DNA of 64,000 nucleotides from Podarcis bocagei (Eukaryota): NCBI GenBank assembly GCA_964188305.1, contig OZ076885.1; one strand, 5' to 3'. Shown piece by piece: positions 1 to 23,010 of this stretch (position 1 is its first letter; each line of letters starts with the position of its first letter). The notes under the pieces were generated by a model. It saw only the letters and a program-made list of their open reading frames with translations, ran no database searches and was not told where the DNA came from. The position numbers and the translations under genes were made by a program.

Positions 1-505
1 TATGACTTATTAAAAGGGTGTCAGGCAATACGATGCACACTTTTCAAGAAGTGGAATCCCCTGCCAGGAAGGCACTTGGGCAACTCCTTCCTCCAGAGAC
101 ATCTCCTTCACTGAGCAAAAGAGACTTGGCCCAGGGTGCTAAGCAAAGCAAAGGCAGCAGCCCCACATGCTTTCTGCTCATAAACAGTAGACTAGAGAGA
201 GGAAGCAGCAGGAGGAGCTGCTTTCCCTTCTTTGCTGGCTTCTGCAGAGCTCAGAGGAGGTGTTGTCCAAGGGTGTTCTGTAGGGGAACAGCTTATGTAG
301 GGGAATGGAGGAGGGTTTGCTATTGGCTTGTCCACACTTCCACAATCCTTTGCTTAAAAAACATGGGTCCGAAAGGTTTTCCGGTTGTCTTGTGCTTTCT
401 GAAAGGACATGTGGTGTAAGCTGAATGCAAAACTATTAATCTGAATCAACAGAGGAGGGAACATGTACAAGTCTATCTCTTACCATGTTTTTTGTTTACG
501 TTATA

Positions 506-730
506 CAGTGGTACCTCGGGTTACAAACGCTTCAGGTTACAGACTCCGCTAACCCAGAAATAATACCTCGGGTTAAAACTTTGCTTCAGGATGAGAACAG
601 AAATTGTGCTCCGGCAGTGAGGCAGCAGTGAGAGGCCCCACTAGCTAAAGTGGTGCTTCAGGTTAAGAACTGTTTCAGGTTAAGAACGGACCTCCGGAAC
701 GAATTAAGTACTTAACCCGAGGTACCACTG
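506..730 (+). mobile_element. Tc1/mariner (Tigger/pogo-like) non-autonomous MITE
   Basis: TIRs CAGTGGTACCTCGGGTTA...TAACCCGAGGTACCACTG, with TA on the left flank. Close relatives at 16249, 48571 and 50642; the copy at 24759 shares the TIR. Confidence 0.85.
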
Positions 731-1318
731 TTGTGCTTTGTAGAGGAGGTATGGTGTGGAAACCCTGCTGATGCCCTTGTGAGAATTTATTTTCATTTTT
801 TTATGAGGTTATTGTCCTCATTCCCTAATTTATCACCCTGTTGAGATATGTTAGACTGAGGAAGGGTCAGTAGGGATACCTCTTTATATTGTGGGGCCTG
901 TTCCGAAACCAATCAGTGTGCCTAAAAGAGCCCACCCAGCCAGGTGCACCAACTCTATGGGGCTGAGGTGTCTTCGGCCCCCTTAATATTTGCTAGGATG
1001 GGGGTGGGCCCCTCCATGTTAAAGGAGGCAGAGCGCAGAGCCTAGCATGGCGCGGCTTAAGTGTCGGCCTCCTCCTGAGCACATGTGAGGAGGAGTGGCT
1101 GGCCATTGTAGCTGGCTGCCCCATGCCGGGCTCTGCTCAGCTTCCTCCCGGCGATATGTGACGTTGCGCACATTGCGTGTCACGTGTGTGACTTCATGCA
1201 CACACAGCAAATGGTGGCCCCCCTCCATCTTAGCCTCTGCACCTAGCACTTGTAGGGAATAGGAAACGGACTTGTCTTTCAGCTGGGACACTGACATATC
1301 ACCTCCCTTTGCCCCCAG

Positions 1319-3775
1319 GTCTTCCAGAGGCGACAGGATGGGTCGGAGGATTTCTACCGTAACTGGGAGTCCTACAAGAAAGGGTTTGGGAGCCACGCGT
1401 CAGAGTTCTGGTTGGGCAATGATAAAATCCATCTTCTTACAAGCTCTGGTAAACCAACGTTTCCTCTTCTGTCTGATGCTGGAGCGTCACTGGAAAGCTT
1501 GGGGATTTTTAATGAATAATGGAGAAAGGTGTGGAATCAGTTATTGAAAGCTCCTCCAGAGTCGGATCTGTGAAGTTTTTACGTTGGGATAAATAGCTGC
1601 AGGGTCCTGTCTGGAGCATATCATTGGAAGAGTGCTCTTGGTGTGTACGCTGTGGCAGGGCACTGCCACAGGGCACTATTTTATTCCCAATGCTATTCAA
1701 CAAGTTTTGGAGCAAGGTGTCATACACTGATGATACCCAGCTTCATTACATCCGAGTCAGGACAGACTGTGCAATCCCTGGACATGTGACTGGATACAAT
1801 GCTTGACTGGATGAGGGTCAGTAAATTGAGCTTGAATCCTGCAAAGTCTGAGGTCTTGCAGGTGAGTGGTTCCTGTGTCCAGGTGGTAGGTCATAGAATA
1901 GAATCATAGAGTTGGAAGAGACCCCAAGGGCCATCGAGTCCAACCCCCTGCCAAGCAGGAAACACCATCAGAGCACTCCTGACATATGGTTGTCAAGCCT
2001 CTGCTTAAAGACCTCCAAAGAAGGAGACTCCACCACACTCCTTGGCAGCAAATTCCACTGTCGAACAGCTCAACAGCTCAACAGGTCAACTGCCTGTTCT
2101 GAAGGAGCAGATTTTCAGCTGGAGGGGTACACCTCCATCCATCTTTGATCTAGATGGTGAAGTGATTCGTGTGGCCTTCTACCAGCTGTGACCATTCCTA
2201 GACTGGGATAGCCTGACTATGGTAGCCCATGCATTGGTAACCTCAAGACTTGACTACTGCATTATGTTTTATGTGGGGCTCCCCTTGTATCTAGTGTAGA
2301 ATGCAGTGGCCAGACTTTTCACAAGAGCAGGTTACTGGCAGCATGTTACTCCTTTCCTAAGAGAAACACATTGGTTGCCAGTTTCCTACAGGGCAGGTTG
2401 AAGTTTCTTGTGTTGATTCACAAAGCCCTACTTGTTACTTTTTTCTGAACCTCGTCAACAGTTTGCTTCCATGAAAGGGTGTTGGGAATTGTTTCATTGC
2501 AGTAGTGCATGATCACTTCTATGCCTGAAGCTGGCTCCCCGTGCTTGTGAAATTTCCATTCTTGGGACAGCCACATCTGTTGAGTAGCTAAGTAATTGTA
2601 CTGCTTTGCTTAAGTGTCCTTACAAAACCAGAACTATGGCTCTGCCTTCCATCCCGCCAGCTGCCACAGCCTAGAGCAAAAGCTGGTCTTCATTGTAGCT
2701 GTAAACATGTTAAAGGCTTTCTCTTGTCAACAATGACACAACCCCTCTCACACACTAAGTAGAATAATAGAAGCATAACCACCCGACCCCATCCNNNNNN
2801 NNNNNNNNNNNNNNNNNNNNNNNNNNNNNNNNNNNNNNNNNNNNNNNNNNNNNNNNNNNNNNNNNNNNNNNNNNNNNNNNNNNNNNNNNNNNNNNNNNNN
2901 NNNNNNNNNNNNNNNNNNNNNNNNNNNNNNNNNNNNNNNNNATTCATAAACCAAGAACTTATACATTGACCACTAATAATGAAACATATGTCGTAGATAT
3001 TTTCCCACATTTCTTATGCTATTTTTGTGATATACAAATGACATGAGAAAACTTGGTATACTTATTTGTATAACGTTATTCTTGTTTATAAAACACTATA
3101 AAAAACAAACAAACAAAACAAACCAGTGCTTACTCTCAGATCTCTTCCATTCTCTTGGGGGTTAGGAGTACAACAATTGCGAATTGACGTGAAGGACTTC
3201 AATGACACTAGAACTTATGCTACATATACCAGCTTCAAAGTCTTGAGTGAGAGGGACAACTACACTCTGGAAGTGGGCTCCTATTTAGATGGCAACATGG
3301 GTGAGTTATACAAAGAATTCCCTTTGAGGCATCTGCTTCAAAGTAACCTACTGCATTTTTGAAGGTCCAGGAATTGAATCTAGGAGGACCTTCCGCCTGC
3401 AGAGCGTCTCCTCTGGCACTTATATATGTGGCCTAGCAGTGCATCTGCCTTTTTCCCCTGCCTTAGCACACACAGTTAATGTGAAAGAGGTGAATTTGAT
3501 GTTTCCCCTGCTCTTCTCTTTCAGGAGATTCTTTCTCAGGACACGGGGGCATGGCATTCTCCACCCCAGACAAGGACAACGATACCAACGAAAAAGGCAG
3601 CTGCGCTGTGGTTTACAAGGGGGGCTGGTGGTACAGTGTCTGCCACTCTTCCAACCTGAATGGCCTGTACCTCAAAGGCGAACATTCTTCTTATGCTAAC
3701 GGCATCAACTGGTATTCTGGGCGGGGGCATCATTATTCTTACAAATATGCAGACATGAAATTTAGACCTCAATAG
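1319..3775 (+). CDS. Ficolin/ryncolin (veficolin)-like fibrinogen C-terminal domain protein, last three coding exons (5' part outside window)
   Basis: Exons 1319-1448 ([43 protein letters not shown]), 3166-3300 ([45 protein letters not shown]) and 3525-3775 ([21 protein letters not shown]...[37 protein letters not shown]...MKFRPQ*). AG/GT boundaries and phases are consistent, and the motifs are typical of ficolin FReD domains. AATAAA at about 4423. Confidence 0.9.
1715..2430 (+). mobile_element. Degraded L2-clade LINE RT/3' fragment, interrupted by a CR1 fragment
   Basis: YTDDTQL (YADD-like RT motif) at about 1722, then LNPAKSEVL-like sequence and later SRLDYC.../HWLPV-like L2 ORF2 remnants. 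Confidence 0.7.
1892..2078 (-). mobile_element. CR1 LINE 3' end
   Basis: Reverse complement of the CR1 tail: atagaatagaatcatagagttggaagagacc...gagtccaaccccctg...ggagactccaccac. Confidence 0.8.
2795..2941. other. Assembly gap (N run)
   Basis: Run of N in the ficolin intron. Confidence 0.99.
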
Positions 3776-4811
3776 GTGAAGTGTCCACCTGTTCAGGAAC
3801 TTGCTTCTGCATTCCATGCCTGGCAGGGCAATCTCTGAATGTGGAATCATCTGCTTTTAAAATACAACACACACAGAGGCCCTCCTTGGAGCACAGGGCA
3901 CTGAACAGGAAGAGGCCAGTCTGATGAAGCACCTGGTTGTCACTTGCATAAGGCCGCCTTTCATTCCCCTTGTATGAATGGTAGAAAGGATCCCACAGTG
4001 AACATTTCGAATGGACAAATTGCGGCTGGCTGCTTGCTTTGAAACACCCACAACGTCCCCACATAAAGCAACAGCCTTATGTTGAACTGCCAGCACTGGT
4101 GGGTGTTGAACACCACACAAGAAGTTTACATGCTGGTTCAAATGCTTTTTAAAAATGATGTGAAATGTTCTCATTATTTTTATAAATTCCTAGTCTGTGG
4201 CATGAGGATGAACAGAGTTCCCATGTTTTGTTTCGTTATTGTCGCTTGGGTGCTTTATCAATGCACATTGGTAAAGCAACACATCACAAAATGATGCATT
4301 TTCATATGTACAGTCATATCAATAATGGTTTTATACAGAGTTTTGTCGGTGCACATTGATAAATGGAGTGGGGTTGGGGAGATACGAAGGAACCAAAAGT
4401 TGTAGCAAACAGCACATTTGCAAATAAAAACTAGAACAATGCAGAGTTCCTAATTGATCAGTTCATACTGCCTTGTGCCTTTTACTTACAATTTGCAGCC
4501 AGGTTTCTTTCCGCCTGTAGCTCTACAATCACTCTGACATTGCACTGGAGATTATAATCACAAGGGCCTTTCTAGAATATTCATTTATACATTTTTAAAA
4601 GCACATTTGTGTTGCTAAATACCTACCAACCTCCCATCTTTTCTTGAGGCTTAATTTTTATTGTAGTATTTCTCAGGATTCCAGTTAGAATATTTTGCTA
4701 TTGGGAAAATACATACACAACATATTTCATTCTTTTACGGGCCACACGCATCAGATGGACATCAAGGTAGAAAATGACATAAAGGAGCTATTGCATTCAG
4801 ATAACTGTTCC

Positions 4812-4948
4812 TTGTGCTTCTTTTTCTGGGGGGACACATACCCCTAAACATTTTGTGAATCTAAGTTTGGCCTCATTGAGGGGCAGTATTTCAATATGAG
4901 TAGGAAAATGAGAGTACCCCTAAACATTTTTTAAGAAGAAAAGCACTG
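4812..4948. mobile_element. hAT-type MITE
   Basis: Degenerate TIRs (TTGTGCTTCTTTT...AAGAAAAGCACTG) flanked by a near-identical 8-bp duplication ACTGTTCC/GCTGTTCC. Confidence 0.6.
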
Positions 4949-6193
4949 GCTGTTCCTATAAACAAACAGCTATGCTGACAGGAGATACTGCGGAATCCAT
5001 TCATTTGCGATTGCCATTGCCTGAGTAATCCACTTTATCATGCTAGCAGGGCTGATGGGAGTTTTAGTCCAAAATAGTGGGTGAGAGACTTGCAATATAT
5101 TTTATGCTCTTCTTGGCAGTTGTCACCCATACATGGAGAGAGGGAAAGAGAGAGAGGTGTAGAGAGTTAAACAGTATCCCCTATTTGAGCCTCTTTGGAC
5201 TTTGGCTTCGCACACTTTCTTTATGTTTATACAACTCCTGCTCCTGGACACGCTGGTTCAAAGAGACAGAGAACAACTGGGAAAGCATTGTGATATGAAA
5301 CAGGGAGAAGCACTGCAGCAAAGCAAAAGGGTGCATATTTACCTTTAGATTATACCTCAAGCAGTTTCCAAATTCAAAACATGGAGGGTAAGGCATCTTT
5401 GGGGCATTTACTAGAGTAAGACCCTCACTTTGTGCAATGGGGGGGGGGCTGGCAGCATACCAGGATCACGTTATTGTAACACGTGCATCACCCAAACAAT
5501 GACCTGCTTCTGGGGGTGAAAGCGAGCTGGTCTTGTGGGGATGTGCAGGCTGAGCTGTCTGAGGCCAAAGGCCGCATCACATTAAGTACACTGTTAGGAC
5601 CTGACACGTCTTTTAACAAAGGAAAAGTTTGAATCAGGACCGCAGTGCAAGAAGCTTTTCCAGCCAAAAATCGGCTCTGCTCCAAGCCTGTTTGCCACAT
5701 TACTCCCATAATTGGTGGTACATTTTCTTTAAACTTCCTTCTAGAATTCGGTCAAGCAAGTCACACTTTTAAAGATAAATCTATTTTAATTTTTGCACTG
5801 GGTTCTTCAAAAACATTTCACACAGTTTAGTAGAAACTGTTTAGAGAGATTCAGTTAGAAGCCCTGCTATTTCCTGCTATCGAGGCACCTTTGTGCAGTT
5901 GCTTGCTATCCCAGGGATATCTTGTGATATATTGTGCAGTTGCTGCTATCCCAGCAGCCAATCGGAGCCAAGAACGCGGTGCTAAATTAGTCTGGCAGGA
6001 ACGGAGCCACTTGTTTTCCTCTCCGACCTCTTGGAAACCTTCAGCTGCCTTTGGACGAGCGAGCGTGCACTTGTTGTGACACCGACAGCTGCAACTTCCC
6101 AGCTTGAGAGCCCGAGCCCGTAGACACTCCTTACCAAAGGGCAGAAAGCGCCATTTCAGCAACAGCTTTGGGGAGCTCAAAAGCGAAAGGAAA

Positions 6194-8754
6194 ATGCTGC
6201 GTTTCCATAAGACGTTCAGATTCCTGAATGCAACAATGAGGAATCAGATTGTTCCTCGAGCAAATATCACGGAGAAGCCACCTAAGGAGATCATAACGCC
6301 AATGGTAAGTATCCCTTTTTTGGTGTCTCTGGACCACCAGGAAATTAGGGTAGGGCAGCAGATACATTGTATTGTCGTGTGCTTAGATGTCACGTTCAGA
6401 TTTCAGAAGGTGAGAATGGTTAAGGTGTCCCCTGAATTGGCAACTACACACTTTATCCAGCCACAAACCTGAAGCCTTGATTTTGGTTTCTGAAAGGAAT
6501 GTCTGTAAGGGGGGGGCAGCCTAGGGAATTCCCCTTTTTCCTCCTCCCTTGTCTTTTCCCCCCCAGTGAATAAATTCCCCACGATTTGCACTGTGATATC
6601 AGGCACGAAAATGGCACAGGATTTAAGGCTTCTGAGCAGAATGCCACACATGCACATTTGCCTGCTTCTTCGTTAAAAGTGGCAGCGGGTTCTAACCAAG
6701 TGTTTAAGTAACGCTTTGAACAGACTGCGTCATTTGGCCCTCAAGCAGCTGGCCTAATAGTTTCTCGACTGCCTTGAGTGCTGCTGGGACTCTAAAGCAG
6801 CTCCTCCCCACCCTTCTGAAATGCATAGGCCATTACACCTTCCCCGCTATATAATGTCTCAAATTCTGTTTCCCAAAGTTGCAGCACAACAGTATGAGTT
6901 TATTGGTGCAATCGGGTTGCGCCTATTCCTTGCAACGTGTTTGTGGCACATTTGCTTCGTATAACGTGCAGCAACAGCTCAAAATGGCTCTTGGTCCCAC
7001 TGCCCACATTTGAATGTTACTCTTTTAACTATAGTATGGACATGCAACAAAGTAGGGCTTTCCCACAAGCCAACCTTCATTTCAAGTCTTCATAAGGGTT
7101 GGCTCTCCTACTGCAGGTGTGGTGGGTCCACGTTCCATGCAGCCAGGGCTGACTCTAGAGTTTGCAGCCTAAGGCGAAGGACAAATCAGATGTCTAGAAG
7201 CCATCAGGATGGCAGTTAGGATCTTTCTCCAACACTGGCACTGGGATATTGCCCTCCACAACTCATGGCGGTAGGCTAGATTAGGAGCCATGTGGCACAC
7301 ACAGCTCTTGTCCTCTTAACCCCTTGGCATCACACCCCTTCGACCACCAGCATCTGCCCACTGGGAAGGGCAGCACTACTTGCAGGAGGCAGAATGACAT
7401 AGAATACTAATGTTTCTTGCAGCAAAGTACAGATTACATACATATAGCCTTGAACTGTCTCTACATACATCTGAAAACTTTTGAGACGTGAGTACACGTG
7501 CACCGAAATGTGTGTGTACTTTATATTACCCTCCACATGTTGTTTACTTTGTGGATTTGAAGGTATTCCAGATCACTTTTAGGGGAAAGAAGCTAAGCTT
7601 TTGTTTAATACATTTAATCAGTGCATAAACCCCTAATAGCCAAAAAGATCCCAGTGCTTTGAGACACATGTAGGAACCCCCCCCCAAAAAAATTAATAAT
7701 AATGGAGCAGAGTGTTATTTATAGAGACCATCTCCTCCCACCCTCAACTCTTGCACATCCAGCCTCATTTTTAAAAATCATACAATTCATTTCCTCATTC
7801 TTCCCAGCTTAAAGAGCGTTAAGAACTTTGGCAATATGCCTGCACAGAGCCATTGTTCTCCAGATCTGATACACGTACCAGGAAATAGAAATTTCACAGC
7901 TCTATACCTTTTATGGCACAAGAAAGTGAGAAGCAGCTTTTAGAGGCCTTTCACCTATTAGAAAACCAAAGATTTATTTGATTATACATAGGCAGTATCT
8001 GCAGCCTTTATTGATCAGTGTAGAATTTTTGCAACCACAAATAAATTCTACCAGTTTTTATGGCCTCAAGTCATGTTCCCCTTTCTTCATGTTGCTTTAA
8101 TTATTCAGAGTTTTTCATTTTTGTGGCATGCACATTGACTTTCTTGCTGAAAAACTAAGTTTTTGGCACCAAATTAACAGCCCCGGTCATGTCAGTAACA
8201 ATTTATGATTAAAAGAGTGGTTTCTGAAGGAAGGGCAATTTTTTCTTCATTCTTTCATCAGATGAATATCAACTGAATTAAACTGCGAGTAAACACAGTT
8301 ATTGAAAATCATGTGCACCCTCTATAGGAACCAAATATGCTTTACATATTTTTTAGTACACACAAGAGTTAGTATGCACAGCCAGTCCCACAGGCACAAC
8401 AGAATATAACTAGTTCAGATGATTTCTAACTGGGCTCAGGCAGGCCTGTGCTACTGCTCTCAGGACAAAGTCACTTGAAAGTCAGGCTACTGCCAGTATG
8501 CCATTGCAAAAAGATTATCTCCTTGCTCAGAAGTAATCTAAAGGCTGCACCATTCAGCAATACTTATCTGGGCTGACTACAGCCTTTGCTTATAGCTAGC
8601 AATAGTGAGGGCCCAATTAACACTTTATATTGAATGAGGAAAATTATGTACATTGCATCATAGGAAAAATTAAACGACACAAATTAACAGGCACAGCAAG
8701 ACATTTGGCAAGAGTAGGTTGTACAGTACAGGGTTCAATCTCAACCAAACCATG

Positions 8755-8786
<32 letters not shown>

Positions 8787-10299
8787 ACACATACATACAT
8801 AAACATAAACCCACTCCCTTGTGGGACTTCTTTGGGAGAAGAAAAGGCTAAGGAGTAAACCCTACATCAATCCAGAGCGGAATCCTTAAGATGGTTGGAT
8901 GGTGCCTTGATGCCTCCTTCCAGAAACTCCTGCAGCCAAGCTGGTGCCAAACGTATAGCTCTGCTTTCCTTTGGACCACATCAGTAAGGCCAAGAGGGAG
9001 GTCTTGTGGTCTGCGCAACTCAGGACCTCCATACACACTGCCCAGGCTTGTGCCTTGGGGAGGTCACTTCGGTGTTGCTAACACAGCAAAAGGAACACAG
9101 GAGGTAGCAGTTATGAGTAGCACAGCTACAGCAGGCGCTGTGATTCTCCAGTGGTGTGACTTCATACACACACACCCTAAACATACCCATACTGCAGGTG
9201 TTCATCAAAACTGAGGCAAACTTTATAAGACTTAGTCTTAAGAAGAATTCTTGTTCTCAACCCCATCCATCTCTATCACCTATTAGCCCGTCCCTCCTCC
9301 CCTCCCCTTATTAAAGTGGGGACAGCATCAAAGGTGTGTGAGTGGAGAGCAGAGGATTTTGTTTTCCTGCCCCATTGTGCTTGTGAACAGACTAGAGAGA
9401 ACTATGAGATGTAGTTCTTCAAAAGCTCCTGCTTCTGAATTAAAAGTAGTGCTTCTGGGAGCTAGTAAAGGGAGGCCAACACTGGAAATCTAAATATAAG
9501 CAATCATATGAATTGTGTTACTTTTTATTAGATGTTATCTTTTGTGGTTGCATTTTTTGCAGTTCCATTTTAAATTGTAACCTGCCCTGGGACCTTGGGG
9601 TGAGGAATGGGTAATAACTAAAATAAAAACCCAAGCCCTCTGACTTAGTTTTCCCAAGTTTTCCTTTTTTGGTATGAAACCTAGAAAAAAGCCCAGTCCA
9701 AAGAGTTCCTCATCTCTGGAGCACACATGTATGCAGTATTTATACCCTGCTAAGACTCCAAAGACATTTTCAAAACTACACAATTAGGTGTATAGCAATC
9801 TCTTTTAGGCCCTGGCGGTTATTAATGCAATTCAGTTTTCAGGCTCTTTCACAGAAGGGGCTATAGGAGCTGAAGTGGGCTCAGCATGCCTGACTGTTAA
9901 AAAAGATACCAGCCAACAGAAGGAGGCCTTTCAATTATCTGCAGATTATTTTGGGCCCTGGCAGTCAGACTAGTCAGGCAACTGAGGAGTCTTTCAAAAC
10001 CACAACGAACATCCATCCTATAAGGACTTCACTGCACTGTACAAAAATAAACTCATCTCACAGCACATACATTAACTTTAGCCCACTTGCTTTCTTCCCT
10101 GCATGAACTATAAATGGTGATTAGCCGAGGAGAACCCAGAATGTTCTGCAACATTCATAATCCTGCAGACGACATTCACCTCTGTTTCTTTGTACAGGAA
10201 CAAGCTATTGGACTGACTGTGATGTTTGTAACCTTCTTGGTCCCATCCGGTTGGATATTGAGCCATATGGAGGATTACAAGAGCGCGCACCGTGAATGA
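6194..10299 (+). CDS. COX8B: Cytochrome c oxidase subunit 8B (heart/muscle type, COX8H)-like, 70 aa, two exons
   Basis: Exon 1 6194-6304 ([37 protein letters not shown], donor GTAAGT) joins exon 2 10198-10299 (acceptor tttgtacag; [33 protein letters not shown]). This gives a basic presequence, a KP motif, a TM helix and P.GW.L.H...YK, typical of COX8. It lies tail-to-tail with PSMD13, as Cox8b/COX8BP does in mammals. ATTAAA about 10400, AATAAA about 10490. Confidence 0.88.
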
Positions 10300-11589
10300 A
10301 GCACAGGCAGAAGTTCTCCACTATGAACGTGGTCACAAAGCAGATGCCAAAGGAACTTGCATCCTCCCATATGCAAAGCTGTCTCTTGCTGTTTTTATAA
10401 TTAAAAAATTGCTTTTAAAAAACCACAGTGAAACTTGTTTGTTCAGGAAAAAATGCCCCTTATTCCTCTTCCCTATAGCAACATGAAATAATAAAACATG
10501 CCAGGGAAAGAAGAGAATAAGTATTCAGTTAGCATAGCGCAGTGGCTTGGAAGATCAAGCTGTAAATCTGAACTTCCCCAGTTAAAATCTTGTTTCCGCC
10601 ACAAACTTGGAGATGGTACAACAGAAAGAGAATGTGGTTAACAGCCTTCTCAATTAAGCGGTGCCTTCTCATGTCTCTCAGGCCCCAATCCTATACACAC
10701 AGTACATAGTGGGACTCGCTTCCAAGTAAATGTGTTCCACAGATACTTTCCAACCCACATTAATGTGAAAGCAAGAAACAAGCGACACTGACTGTTGGCC
10801 TTTTTCTAGGATGTGCCATTCCAGACTGCAGGAGGGGACTAACTTAATGAAATGCCCCTCCAGAAAAGCAAACAAATGCTGCATATAGATAACTAGCATG
10901 TCAGGGTGATGGCTTGACTAGAACTCTGTCAAATTCGAAGCTGCTACTGCAGGTTGGATCAATATAACTGAGAAACCGATTTACCATCTCTTAAGAACAA
11001 GGTATGCTGTCATTAACAATGGCCTCTACATACTTTTGTTGCAGACAGATGCATTATCCCCCTCACAAGGACTAAAGACTGGAATACATAGTACACAGTT
11101 AAAATGGACCACTTTGAAACTCAGCTGAATTAGTGGAAATTATATGTTGTAAATGCAGTTGTACAAAAGCACGCCACTATCTGTATCAAAATAATCAGTT
11201 AGCCAACCCCACACCTATAAAAGGTTGAGTGATGTGGCTTCATGTTGTACTTTTTGCTATGTTATCAGTTATAAACCAGTGTAACTGAGCAAGGCTGTGA
11301 TGCGATCAGAAAGCTGTTTATACACAACTGGCAGCAGCTAGTTCTCATACTTTTAGTTTCTTTAGCAGATGACCAAAGAACTATTAGAAATGTTAGCTGC
11401 TGATTTTTTGACATGAGATAGGCCAGTCAGCCCCTTTGTGAGTGATTAATAGTTTTTTACAAGACATTTTACACTGCTCTGACCAGCCCTGGGAAGTTGT
11501 GAACAGTAGATAATCTAATCATAATTATCAATTCACCATCACCACAGTTCTCATTAATTTAGAGAAAAATATCTGGTCCCATGATCTCC

Positions 11590-11738
11590 CAGAATCATAG
11601 AATTATAGAGTTGGAATGGACCCCCCCCCCAGGGTCATCTAGTCCAGCCTCCTGCAATTCAGGAATCTTTGGCCAATGTGGAGCTCAAACCCATGACCTT
11701 GAGATTAAGAGTCTCATGCTCTACTGTAGACTGAGCTG
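11590..11738 (-). mobile_element. tRNA-Lys-derived SINE with CR1-like 3' tail
   Basis: Minus strand reads agctcagtc..tagagcatgagactcttaatctcaaggtcatgggtttgagctccaca (tRNA-Lys-like), followed by the CR1 tail ttccaactctataattctatgattct. Confidence 0.7.
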
Positions 11739-13037
11739 TTGGCCTACTTCCCCCACCATTTCTCTATATTCAATTTTTAAAGAAAATCTGGACATTTTCC
11801 TCCCCCCACCCCCAAGGGAATCTGACCAGAACTAAAACAAGGGCAGATTTAGTTTACTAACAACATGTCCAAAGTGAAAGTCACAGTGAAAAGGATGCTT
11901 TTCAAGATAACCTTTAACATTGGTGAGCACCCTATTGTGGATGAATGCCAACTGGGCACCATAAAAGCCCTACCAGAGAAGCCTTTGTCATTAGATGCCC
12001 ATTTCACCTTCAAACATGAAGCTGAAAAATTGTCACGGAAACCTAAAAGCTTTTTAAAATAGATTTCGTATGTACTCAAAAATTGGAGAACAGAGCCCCT
12101 TTCAAGATCAAGTCCAAAGTCACCCATTACTGCTCTAAGACTGAGAGCAATACTAACATCGAAATCATGCCTTCCATAGACATGTGATTAGTAGTATTAT
12201 TATTTAAAACCCACTGATTTCTGAAGGGCACAAGTAAGCTGCTAACTCTGGTTTTGGCTTCTTATAATAGGACTGTTGCTCAATTCAAAACTCAGTGTAA
12301 AGCATACCAACAGGAACTGCGCAAGAGGGAAGGCAGAGAAGTTTATTCCAGCAGTTATTTGACTGCATCACACTTCAGGATAAAACGTTCATAAAAGACA
12401 AGAGCAAACCCAAGGAGAGTATAAAAACAAATCCATTAAATTTATGATTTTATTCTTGGAAAACTCATTGATGGGGTTTGAGCAGTTTCCTCTACTGCAA
12501 AACAGAGGGAGACTAGGGGAAAGAGGCATTTGTTCTCATTTATGCTGCCTTTGGACTGGCAGGGAGAAAGGTCATGCTCTCCCCCCACGTCCGTCTGAAA
12601 TGCCCAATGACTGAAGATGGCCCTTCCTTCTTACACCCTAAATGCACAATGGAAGTCCTGCTGCCATCCTACTGCGGAGCTAGTGACCTCCACCCTTTAG
12701 CCCATAAGCCCCAAACATCCTCCATTGCGGCAGCCTCACACCAAGACCGATTAATCCACCATGAAGGAGTCCTTATTGCCTTTGGTGGCAGCAGGATGGG
12801 AGCTCCCAAGGAGAATGCTAATCAAATGGCTTAGCACGTAGGAGGGAATTCCCGACTCCAAGCACCAAAGGGTTACACAGCAAAGGCCACTTAGTCCTCT
12901 GTACAAGCATCAGAAAAGTAGTTCTTTCCCTCCTCCCCTAGCCCCCCTGTTAATAGAATTCAGTACAGAGTCAGTGGTCAGGGCACTGCCAGTTTCAGCA
13001 ACAGTACAAGACATTCCCTCAGCCAGTGCAAAGTCCT

Positions 13038-23010
<9,973 letters not shown>

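Noticed and set aside
941-1250. Hairpin-rich segment (1035-1136) as a structured ncRNA
   Set aside because: It resembles a MITE-like repeat (a related terminus appears inverted at about 56640-56785); ends and TSD could not be fixed confidently.
8891-9214. 107-aa ORF in the COX8B intron as an alternative first exon
   Set aside because: No similarity to a COX8 presequence or any recognisable protein; the nearby GT donor alone is insufficient evidence.
11670-11738. tRNA-Lys gene
   Set aside because: Degenerate and fused to a CR1-like tail, so it is a SINE head rather than a functional tRNA.
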